This document shows positions 50,643-60,470 of a stretch of DNA of 64,000 bases, piece after piece. A program made the position numbers and the translations under genes. Numbering within the stretch: position 1 is the stretch's first letter; each line of letters opens with the position of its first letter. This stretch comes from Lophium mytilinum (taxonomy: Eukaryota), in the NCBI GenBank assembly GCA_010093605.1, contig MU004187.1, forward strand, positions 1,186,018-1,250,017. The letters are read 5' to 3'. Below the pieces are notes generated by a model, which was not told the DNA's origin, searched no databases, and saw nothing but the letters and a program-made list of their open reading frames with translations.

Positions 50643-51902
50643 ATGGACGACCCAATGAAAATCGACACTACACCTCCCACGATCAAAGATAGGCTCATAG
50701 CAGATCTCAGTCCAGAGCATAAAGTTTACATAAAAAGCGCAGCCTCGTACTATCACACTTCCATTGATGATCTACAAAATCATGGCATCTTAAACTTGCC
50801 AGCGCTCTTTACGTCTAATCTACGGGGTAATGTTCACAGTTTCGTAGCAAAGGACAATATCGTACCTGCCATCATGACGTCGGAAACGTACGAAAAGTTG
50901 ATGCCCGCTTGGCTTCTCTTCACCAAGTTTGTAACAGAGCCGTACACACTACGATATTACACCACAAACGCCGTATCTAATTTTGGGTACTATACTCCTA
51001 AAGCGGACCCTACCGCCGAACGGTTGATTGATCTGAGTAGCAAGGCGGAGATAGCAAAATGGGTCAATACCGAATATGACTTCTCGCTCACTCATGAAGA
51101 CAAGAGAGATGGGGTTAACAAGTACCACAGGATTTATCTCGCGCCGGTTGATCCTAATGACAACATCAACCTTATCATCGCCACCTCCAGGACTATAGAC
51201 CAGCTCCACCAGTACACTAGATATGTCATAAAGGCGGACGTAGCACGAAATGTTTTCGCACAAGCTGACATTAACAAGAAGCGTACCCATGTTTCGGACT
51301 CGATGGAGATTCAATTCAGCCCTGACTTGCTTCAATTCGCTGCTGACATTGATCCAAGTCAAGACTATGACCTTTTCCTCCGCCTCTGTTGGATATTGGC
51401 CACGACGATCGGCCACGAACTTATCCACGTAATCAATTTCATTCGTTTTCACGATACCGAATCCGGACACAACATTAGTCTCGAAGATGAATTTGTAATC
51501 TGGAATTCGCGTGCAAACAAAGAATGTGAGGACGGTTTTGCATGGGAAATTGACATGTTCGGGTTCAAACTCGAGCCCCTTCCTTACCCGGAGTATTACG
51601 AAACAAGAAAGTCTCAGTGGAACCCAATTACCTCGACGCTCATTCCAAAGTATGGAATGTTCGCTTACGAATGGCCGGAAGGAGGTAAACTCCTGGATCA
51701 TCATAAGCGCTGGGCCGTTTCTATGAACTACATTGCGCAATGGTTCTCGGAAGAGAATTGGGAGCATATCGGAAGTACCGGTAAGCCCATGATAGAGGAT
51801 CCTAGAAGCAGTTTAGAGATTGAGTACAAGAGACGTTATGGCGTGCGTATACTAGACTGGAGGACTCTGGAGACGATTCCATCGAACATGACTCCTCCTT
51901 GA
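50643..51902 (+). CDS. Orphan protein with a zincin-like HExxH motif
   Basis: Intronless ~419-aa ORF with ATTIGHELIHV and a downstream E-D-GFAWE. Confidence 0.7.
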   Translation: MDDPMKIDTTPPTIKDRLIADLSPEHKVYIKSAASYYHTSIDDLQNHGILNLPALFTSNLRGNVHSFVAKDNIVPAIMTSETYEKLMPAWLLFTKFVTEPYTLRYYTTNAVSNFGYYTPKADPTAERLIDLSSKAEIAKWVNTEYDFSLTHEDKRDGVNKYHRIYLAPVDPNDNINLIIATSRTIDQLHQYTRYVIKADVARNVFAQADINKKRTHVSDSMEIQFSPDLLQFAADIDPSQDYDLFLRLCWILATTIGHELIHVINFIRFHDTESGHNISLEDEFVIWNSRANKECEDGFAWEIDMFGFKLEPLPYPEYYETRKSQWNPITSTLIPKYGMFAYEWPEGGKLLDHHKRWAVSMNYIAQWFSEENWEHIGSTGKPMIEDPRSSLEIEYKRRYGVRILDWRTLETIPSNMTPP

Positions 51903-52389
51903 AGCAATCGACGAGTATAACTCTGAGACCGAATCAACTAGAGCTTGCCCAAGACTTTCGGCCAACTCAGATCCATACACGCAATCATTGTGAGTAGATT
52001 CTAGGCTGGTGCAATTTCTCCTCCCTGATATAAGTAAACATCTTCCTCTTTACCACTGTCTGTGGTGGCTTATGGTATATCCAAGACTTCTACATCCAAT
52101 CAAGTTCAGCTCTTCAAACAACTGGTATCCTTTCGAGGCTACCCAAGCAGTGCCAGAGACGTGTATGCAGATTGAAGCGTTAGCCGTTGTCACTGGTTTC
52201 TATTAGGACGATAATGCTCTGCAATCACTAGCTGGCAAGTGCACAGATATTCACGGCAGTAGTATGATACGTCACCATAGGTATGCAGGTAGGCAAGTGA
52301 TTGTTAGCACGCAGGATGTCTGAGCAGCCATATAGGTGAAATCTGATTCACCAACAAAAATTCTACCCATAACTACACCACCCTTTACG

Positions 52390-54395
52390 TCAGATCATGC
52401 CAGACCATGCCCAACCCCGGCCCATCCAGCTGCACCTCATTCCCAAACCCGCTCTCCGGACTTCGCCCTCTGCACCTCCAACCCTGGACAGTCTTACCAT
52501 ACGCACGACATCACTGACCACAACATCACGTCACACATCCTCTTCGTTACCCCCGTCCACGTGCTCCCTCACTTTGGCTCACTAAGGAAGCGCCCGCCGC
52601 ATGGTCTCGACGCCACCGCTTGCGGCGTCGCCGTCATTCAACGCCTCCATGGTCGCATCGCATTGCTGCTTTCGGGCCTCGACTCTCCAACAAGCACGTA
52701 GGCGCCATCTACCCTGCCCGCCCGTGAACAAGCGCGTAGCACCAAGCCCAAGCTGCACGCCGTGCTACCATGAAGCCTGGCGTGCCAGGGTTAGATTTCG
52801 ACCTCCTCCACTTTCAGATCTCGCCGAATCTGGCGCTGTACATGGTCATTCTCTCACAAACATCTGGGATATGCGCTCTGTTGCCTGCTGATGTTTCTCA
52901 TCCATGTGGCCGAGCTCGTGACAAGTGGTTATGACGATATTTTTTTGGGGGGGGAGGAGGTCCTTGGTCACACGTGGAAGTCCAGTCTTATCAATCGCAT
53001 CGCCGTCGTACCTGGCTCGGACGCCGGTGACCCCCACACACAGGACGGCGACGAGCATTGTCTAGAACTTATTTTGTGCACCATACCACTTCAGGATACC
53101 ACCCCTCGGGGACGGTAGCAGGGGCGGGTCTTTGTGGGAGGCGGGATGAGCACCGCAATGAGCGTTGATGCCCGGTTTTCGTTTTTTTTGGGCTGGGTTT
53201 TTGGGTACCGGGCGAGGATGTTGTAAAATGGGGCGGTCGAGATACTCGTGTATTACTCAACAGAGGTCAAGGCTTGGCCGGCTTTTCGCGGCTTTGGGAT
53301 GACCCTTTCTCCAGGGTCTAGAGGTGGTGTGGCTGGGGAGATGGGTGCGACGTGAGATGAGCAATTTTTCAAGGTGAATTTAAAAGAGCTGAGTATGGCA
53401 AGCAACGAGATTGCAAAGCGTGATCGGCGGAAGGACGCAGCGGACATGGAGCCCTCGGTGATTTAATTCTTAAGAGGTCTGTCTTATGATGTACTCTAGA
53501 GAGGGAGAGAAGGCCGTAAAGATAGCAAAAGAGAAGATTCCGATTGAATGAAACGTGTTACCAACGTTCAAGACTCCAGCATGTAGTGAAAGTCGAAAGA
53601 CCCCAGTTCTGCGTCCAAGCCTCTTCCTTGATGTCCCACCTCTTTCTGGAGATCACGAGGTTCTATTTGTCCTACATTCGTGAGGCAGTATGCGGGGGAA
53701 CATCTACAAAGATATATGATATAAAGGGCTAATGATGTCATTACAAAGGACAATATACCGAAATAATTTGGTTGAGCATCGACAGCAGAGACCCAAGTGA
53801 GATACTTCAGCATAAGCTGTTGGGTTCTGAGGTTTTGGCGATAGAAAGTGGCGTCTTTCTGCGAGGAGCCTAACTGGCGTTCGAACCGAAGGCTCGGGAG
53901 CTGTCAAGAAGTGCAAAAGACGGTTTCCCATGAGCAGCCGAGGGCGGCCTTCCTAAGGTGCTCCGTTGTGCCCCTGTGTTCTGCTTGCGACGCAAGCAGG
54001 CTCCTGGCAAGGGTCTGTGATGAAGCCTTTACCCTCACACCCAGCGCAAGGGGCGCCGTTGGGGGTACGCCATCTACGACAGTTCTTAGTAATTGTGAGA
54101 GTGCAGAAAGATAAGACCTACGTTTTGTCGTTTCCTGCACAAGCGCCGCACGTTGCCTTGACGATGTAGCCGTTCGTGCAAGCACACCTGAAGAATCCGT
54201 GATGTTGAGCCGGGGACAGGGGCGGAGTGGAACCTGCAGAAGCCATCTTGGTTTAGGTGGTAAAGTTCTCTTATGGTGGAGCGTGATAGAGAAGCTTGTC
54301 TAGATATGAGCTGGGCGTGTGTAGTGACAACGGATATACGCTTTCGATTGGCCAAGTGGAGAGCAAACGGAGACAAAATGGTCTAACTGAAGGAG
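52390..54395 (+). ncRNA. Candidate long structured ncRNA, telomerase-RNA-like
   Basis: No credible ORF. Nested end-to-end helices, an inner enclosing helix, a possible pseudoknot, and GTATGT immediately 3' (see findings). Ends are approximate. Confidence 0.4.
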
Positions 54396-56941
54396 GTATG
54401 TTGTATGAGAAGTAGTAATCGGAGCGCGCAAAGAGGAGATAGTTAAGGAATACCCTGCCTTTATAGACCCTTTCCTCCTCTCACAGACTCTACAAATCCT
54501 TAGGATATACCACAGCATGCACGAACCTTCACAACATTCTTTTTTTTCCAAAAAGATGGCCACGATGGTGGCACCTACACTTCCTGTGCCACAATCCCAC
54601 GCCTTACCTTCGTGCCTTCATCACAGCCCAACTCAAACCCCCATCCCTGACAGCAACGTCTTTCACGGTTCTCCAAAGCTAGCCAGCACGTCTCTCGCAG
54701 GTCAGCAGACGACATCTCGCCTGGGACCAGATCTCACCGCCGCACCCAAGCACAACAGTAACCTCACCTGCTCAGCCGTCTATCGAATGACACTTCCAGC
54801 GCAGCCCTACAATGGACGCCATCGTTCTAATTTATAGGCGGACAGCACCGAAGGGAGCACCGTCGGAAATTTCGGACATGATTCCGCGAAACCGCGCACA
54901 AGTTTCTTATCCTATGTGGTTCCGGGACGCTATGGCGATTTGTAACGGCGCCGGCGACTTTTGTATCTGAAACACGCCCGCGAGAGCGGTGAACAACGAG
55001 CTGGCGTGGCTGAGACGCGCCGAAAGAGGGAAATCGTTGCGATGTGGTCGTGTGGACTGCTTGGCGTCTGGGAAAGGATGTCGTGAGCAGGCTTAGCGGT
55101 AGAAAAGCCACCACATGTGACTTCATATTGCTTAATTTTCAGGTCCGACGGTGTACGATTGCCACCGAGGAGGTGGCCGCTATTGGGTGCCGGAATGGTT
55201 GTTGAGCAGAGTAGGTAACGATACTACTCAGCCTTGCGTCGGGCCAATAGGCTAGCCTGTCACCGCCATTCAGTCTTTTCTTTTTTCCCCTGAGACTCTG
55301 CCACACGCTATACAGCTAAATTTGATTTGTCATAAGGGCTTCACAGTGGTTTCAAGGACAAATAACCAAGCCGGACTGATGGTTCAGGGTATCGTCGGGC
55401 AGTATAGAACAATGTGGTAGCTGCTAAATGTGACCTCTGCTCAAGTAGACATAATTGCAATTTTCCTGGATAAGAGTCCGAAATTCATGGTTAGTGCTTG
55501 ACACTGGAATGGCGTTTTGAAGAGTCAAATAGTAGATGAAAGCGCAAAGCAGTTGACATAGTGCCATTGCTAACTCGTTAGGAAACACAGTCCACTCAGA
55601 TGTCTCTGGACAGCATTGCTTCTGCTAGATGTCTCCACGAATTATCTTGGAGAGTGACAGGAAGGGGGACGTGGTCATGAGGTCCGTTTAGCTGGCTCTG
55701 CACGGCGTTATTTGGAACACAAATTCGGTGAATTTTCATCAGACCAGAATCGCCCCACAAGATAGCAGTCGTCGATTCGAATCCAGCGTAATGGTAGAGC
55801 TGAGACCGCCATCCGATTCCGTGGGCAACACCGTCTGTCCTTTCAATTTCGTCGATTTCGCTGTGGTCTGACTGGTTCGATTGACGTAATATGCGAAGTG
55901 TCACATAAAGGAGTCGCGGCGTGGTGGGAAGTGTTAGTTCGTTTCAGGCGGTACCTCGAATCTCCCTTCTCGAAATGTCCCAATGACGCTCAGAAAGTTG
56001 TACCCCCGATTTAGGAGCTTTCACCGCCATTCCATCCCGTTGGAAATAGCAGCGCCAAACTTGGTAATCGTAGAATCCCGTCTGGTAGTACTGCAGTTTG
56101 AGGTAAGACGCCTGAACTAGAGACCAAGATGAACCCCGAACGATTGTCTTTAGGATACGGGAAGGAGAAATGTGGCATAATTGGTCTTTTTCTGTGTTGC
56201 GTTGCAAAAGAACACATGGTGTTGAACCATGGTCGTCTGATATTTTCCAGTCGGGAGGGACCCGGTTGCGAGCTGCTGACCTGTGTTCGTAGCAGATGAG
56301 ACCAGCGCATCAAGGTATGCTGTGAGTGGTAGAATGAGTCAGTTAATGATGGGACGACTTCTTGTCCACGAGGCACTTCTCTATGACGACGCCGAGGCGG
56401 ATATGCATGTTAGCAAAAGGGTGCAGGAAATGCAAAGGGTCAATTGGATAGATGTACTCGAGCTAGACTCAATATGTCGTCCCTCACATCCTAAGACCTG
56501 CGAAAAGTTGTTTGAGGCTTCTCATTGCATAAAGGTACCTAACGGAAACTTCTAAATTAGGAGAAGAGAGGAAGGCATAGTAGCAAAAGCCTGATCATGG
56601 GTTGCTCAAAGTGATCGCAGATATTGAAAATTGCCGGGACATACTTGTAACTTCCAAACCCAGGAAAGAAGCCGGCGCAAATCCCCCGTTCGCCAGACAG
56701 ACCTGACCAGTCACTACCACAAATAAGCTGCGGGGGTAGGACGCCGCCACGTAAGATGGGTTGTCGTTAGGAGCTTGCAAAACTGTACTCCGGTATCCGC
56801 CGTAATGCATACCGTATCACCGTGAATGATGAGAAGAAAAAAGCATCCGATAAAGTCCGCAATGAAAGAGATGTCGCCCTTGCCCAAATCCTCTGTCCAC
56901 TCGATATGACGTGTTGCTGTATACCAATCTAGGGTTTTCAA

Positions 56942-59338
56942 CTACTGGAAGAACACATCTGGAAGGAATGCCAAAGCTCCAACTGCACTAACAGTGCCAA
57001 CGAAAATGCCAGCCATAGCGGCAGCGGTTTTCCGGACTCTCGTCCTCTTGATTGAACGTTGTGGTCCAGTTGCTCCATCGACCGGTGCAGTACGAGAAGG
57101 TTGTTTGTCTTTGGCAATTAGTGTGGACTGCGCATTAGCCAACTCAGCGTCTTCGGCTTCGATTGTGGACAGTTTCCGCTTCTTCGAGTTGACTAGTTCG
57201 TCTTTTTTGGAAAGAGCAGCTTCCCATCCAATAGCAGCATCCACGGCAGCAGCATCCACAATCTCGGATATTGCCATTCCTGTCCGCTCCTTTTGCTTTT
57301 CATTCACCGGTAGCGCGACTACAGCAGGCTGGTCCGAGGTTGGGATTGGGTAGGTTGACTTTGGGTGGGTGTCCATGCCGGTGGAATAGGCGACTGGTCC
57401 TTGGCCTAGCTTGGGCGGCATGGATCGTGCATCTGTGGGCACAGGAGCAAATGCAGAAGGGGGGGCTGACGAATATTCGAATGGAGGCGAGCGCGCCAAA
57501 CGGGTATGTAGACCGCCAGATAGGCTTAGATAGGGGTTCGAAGGGCTAACGTACGGATTGTCGAAGCGAGAGCTTGTCGTTGCGAAGTCTTCCATGTCTT
57601 CTCCTCCCTGTTCAAACATGAAGACTGGCTGTCGAAGTGCAGCACCTGGTGAATCCCACGAATCCTCATATCCATAAGACCAATCCCACGAGTGACGACT
57701 GATTGGCTTCGAATCAGCTGCCTTTCCCAACATAGACGAAATAGTCGGTTTTGCGTCCTTGTCTTGATGAATCAAGTTTTTTAGAGCCATTGAACTAGAG
57801 GCTTGCCCTCGCTGTTCATGCACAGAAGACTTCGTGAAGGCTGGGAGGGGCTCAAAGAGCCGAGCGAGAGTTTGCGGAGGAGTTGGCAGCGCTGGCAACT
57901 GCCCCTTGGATGTGTCCTTAGCTTGGGCGTCGGATGGCGTTTCCAGGTCAGCAGCGTTTAGGTCAGATTGGCCACATATTCGCTCCTCCTGGGGAAGATT
58001 TGCATGATCTAACATCTCGTGCATCTTGGCACGCGCAATATCAGACTCATCGATCTCGCTGACAAGGTCAGCCTCATCAATATCGCTGGCAAGGTCGCCC
58101 TCAGGCTGGTTGGCCGGAGACTCAGTTTCAGAGGTCTCGCTAGCATTGTCTGAGTAATCCTCAAATTCTTCAGCGGCCTCCCGAGACATAAGGTCATTCG
58201 CAGAGGCATCCGAGCCGGAGTATCCGGATTCGTATTCAGCATCGTCAGCAGGGAAGTAGTGGCCAGACGAAGCCTCGCTGGGTGAAGCTGGTGCTGAGCT
58301 ACCGGTGCTATCAGACTCTGCATAGTCATTGCGTGATGGGCTTGGACTGTCGACAAGATAGCCGAATCCCCTCTGTGTATTTAGGACGATAGATGACGGC
58401 CGGCCGTTATTTGCATTCGGTTGATCAGAGCTATCAGGCGTGCTGTGCAGTGGTAGCTTCGTTGTTTCGAAGTTGGCAATACCATCTTCATGATTGAAAG
58501 CGGCCTCCTTTGCTAGGCGATCCTCCTCTTCGACTGGGTCCAGGTCAATGACGATTGCTTTACGAGGCTTCTCCAGTTCGTCATCAGCGAGGTTGTACGG
58601 ATTGGATTGGGTACCAAGACGTTCGGGTTTGGGAGTAGACGATAAGGTAATGGTGGGTTGGAGGTCGTCCGCAAGCTCGCTCGGGGGATAGGCAGCTACG
58701 ATCGACGAAGAACTATCGTCGTCAGAGACGTCGCTATTGGCATCCTCTTCGTCTGATGCCCAAGGATATTCAGAATCTGGGAGTCCGAAGGTACCGGAGG
58801 AGGTGTATGGCTTGGCCTCAAAGCGGAACTTTGTAGCAGTGTACGTATCTGAATAGGCAGAGACATTAGCGAGGTCACCAGGCTGGGAAGGGCTCATGAA
58901 CGTACGAGCGTCCCGAACCACGTCAGCACCGAACTGGACAACGTCCCCGTTCTTCAGCTTCATGTCTTCGTTCTTGTCGAGAGTTTGCTTGTTGACGGCG
59001 GTGCCGTGCATGGATCCAAGGTCTCGGATGTATACGGCTGAGATCTGCGATGATGGGTCAGGCCTGGGGTGGAGGGGAGGTGAAAGGCAGCTTACTCCAG
59101 TGGTTGACCTCGCTGTCAAGAGAGCGTGGTCACGGGAGACGACGGGCGAGTCGATGTATGCATTGCTCGCAGAGGCACGGAGGTTCTTGTGGGCGCTCTT
59201 CGAGGCTCGGCCCACGGGAACACTGGTCGAAGGCTCCATGATGAGAATGCGTTCTTTATGTTCGACGTCGACGTTTAGGGAGCGGAGGGTGACTTCGACG
59301 GCGGCAAGGGCACGGCGAGGCTCGGAGGGAGAGGCCAT
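56942..59338 (-). CDS. FHA-domain protein with an acidic disordered region and C-terminal membrane anchor
   Basis: FHA motifs VGRAS, SPVVSRDHA, DLGSMHGT and GDVVQFG; terminal TM AAAMAGIFVGTVSAVGALAFLP. Confidence 0.88.
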   Translation of the reverse strand: MASPSEPRRALAAVEVTLRSLNVDVEHKERILIMEPSTSVPVGRASKSAHKNLRASASNAYIDSPVVSRDHALLTARSTTGVSCLSPPLHPRPDPSSQISAVYIRDLGSMHGTAVNKQTLDKNEDMKLKNGDVVQFGADVVRDARTFMSPSQPGDLANVSAYSDTYTATKFRFEAKPYTSSGTFGLPDSEYPWASDEEDANSDVSDDDSSSSIVAAYPPSELADDLQPTITLSSTPKPERLGTQSNPYNLADDELEKPRKAIVIDLDPVEEEDRLAKEAAFNHEDGIANFETTKLPLHSTPDSSDQPNANNGRPSSIVLNTQRGFGYLVDSPSPSRNDYAESDSTGSSAPASPSEASSGHYFPADDAEYESGYSGSDASANDLMSREAAEEFEDYSDNASETSETESPANQPEGDLASDIDEADLVSEIDESDIARAKMHEMLDHANLPQEERICGQSDLNAADLETPSDAQAKDTSKGQLPALPTPPQTLARLFEPLPAFTKSSVHEQRGQASSSMALKNLIHQDKDAKPTISSMLGKAADSKPISRHSWDWSYGYEDSWDSPGAALRQPVFMFEQGGEDMEDFATTSSRFDNPYVSPSNPYLSLSGGLHTRLARSPPFEYSSAPPSAFAPVPTDARSMPPKLGQGPVAYSTGMDTHPKSTYPIPTSDQPAVVALPVNEKQKERTGMAISEIVDAAAVDAAIGWEAALSKKDELVNSKKRKLSTIEAEDAELANAQSTLIAKDKQPSRTAPVDGATGPQRSIKRTRVRKTAAAMAGIFVGTVSAVGALAFLPDVFFQ

Positions 59339-59700
59339 GGCGGAGAAGAGGAGGAGAGGAAATGTAGCCGCAGCACAAGGTGGAAGAAGAGTGGTTGGGA
59401 GAAGCGTGGCGCGGCTGGCGAGGACTCGTGTGAAACCACGGGTGATGATGCGGGGCTCAGGCAGCTGTACCAGCGATGGAGAGAGCCCGGCGGCCAAAAC
59501 GGGCGAGAGCGGTTGCAGTCGACAGCAGCGATGGAGATGCACAGTCTGAGCGAGAGGGAGGGACAGGAGAGAAAGAAAGACGGTGGTTCAGGAGGGGGTT
59601 GAGGCTCTGTCGTCGACGAAGAGGTGCCTACCTAGATGAAGCAGCCTAGGACACGCTGGCGATAAGGAGGGCAGCAGCTCTTATCAAGGCGAGCACGCTA

Positions 59701-60117
59701 GGCAGGAAAAAAGTGGCACACTCCAGCAGCCTAAGCAATTCAAGACCACACCGTCCAAGGTGGCCCGGAGAGCTATCAGGCGTGCCAAAGCTGCCCTTTT
59801 ATAAATAGTAATAGGATACTAGAGGACCTTAGACGGTGTTCTACAAACGTATACATATACAAAAATAATAGAAAGATCTGATAGATCTGTAGAATATCAA
59901 TTCCTGCTCCTTATGCTGTCTTACTAAGTAAGTTGGCGCACCTGTTTGCCACCATATAGAGCGTCTCCGCAAGTCTCTATATAGCTCAAAGATAACGGGT
60001 TCTCCCTCTTTACAGCTGTAACAATGCATTAAAGCACCACAAACGGCGGCAGAGAGGCACAGAGGTGTACGAATGGTAGAATGCTTGCTGGGTGTGCCAC
60101 TTTTTTCATGCCCTGCC
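59701..60117. mobile_element. Degenerate MITE with Tc1/mariner-like TIRs
   Basis: Left end GGCAGGAAAAAAGTGGCACACTCCAGCA; right end (reverse complement) GGCAGGGCATGAAAAAAGTGGCACACCCAGCA. AT/TA-rich interior; TA on the left flank. Confidence 0.7.
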
Positions 60118-60470
60118 TGGCGGGGCACTATTCTACGGTATACCATAGCTAGCTTGAGAGCAATTAGTCACCAAATTTTTGCCGACCCAACATTGTGAGT
60201 CGACAGTGAGAGTGCAGAGCTACGTCCACGCCCTCCCTTCCTACCGCCCATCATACCAGATTCCTATCGCTTCACGACCTCGAAATCGGCAGCCAATACT
60301 CTGGACATCACCAAAGCGCTCCTGCAATTGCTGCACAGCTCCTTCGTCACTTGCGCGGGGCTCCTCCATCCGCCTCTCACGAAAACCTACACCAGTAGAC
60401 TCTACGAAAACCTCCTCCCTCTCAGACCTCTCATACCCTTCCATGCCTCGTCTCCGGTAGTACACACGCC

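Noticed and set aside
52787..52794. Minus-strand telomerase RNA with template CUAACCCU
   Set aside because: Downstream domains would run into the HExxH gene, no U-rich pseudoknot follows, and G-U pairs favour the + strand. Kept only as an alternative.
54836..55200. RNase P/MRP RNA (GGAAATTTCGG resembles CR-I)
   Set aside because: No CR-V-like ACCCGAUACCGAUUAC motif and no convincing P1/P2 found.
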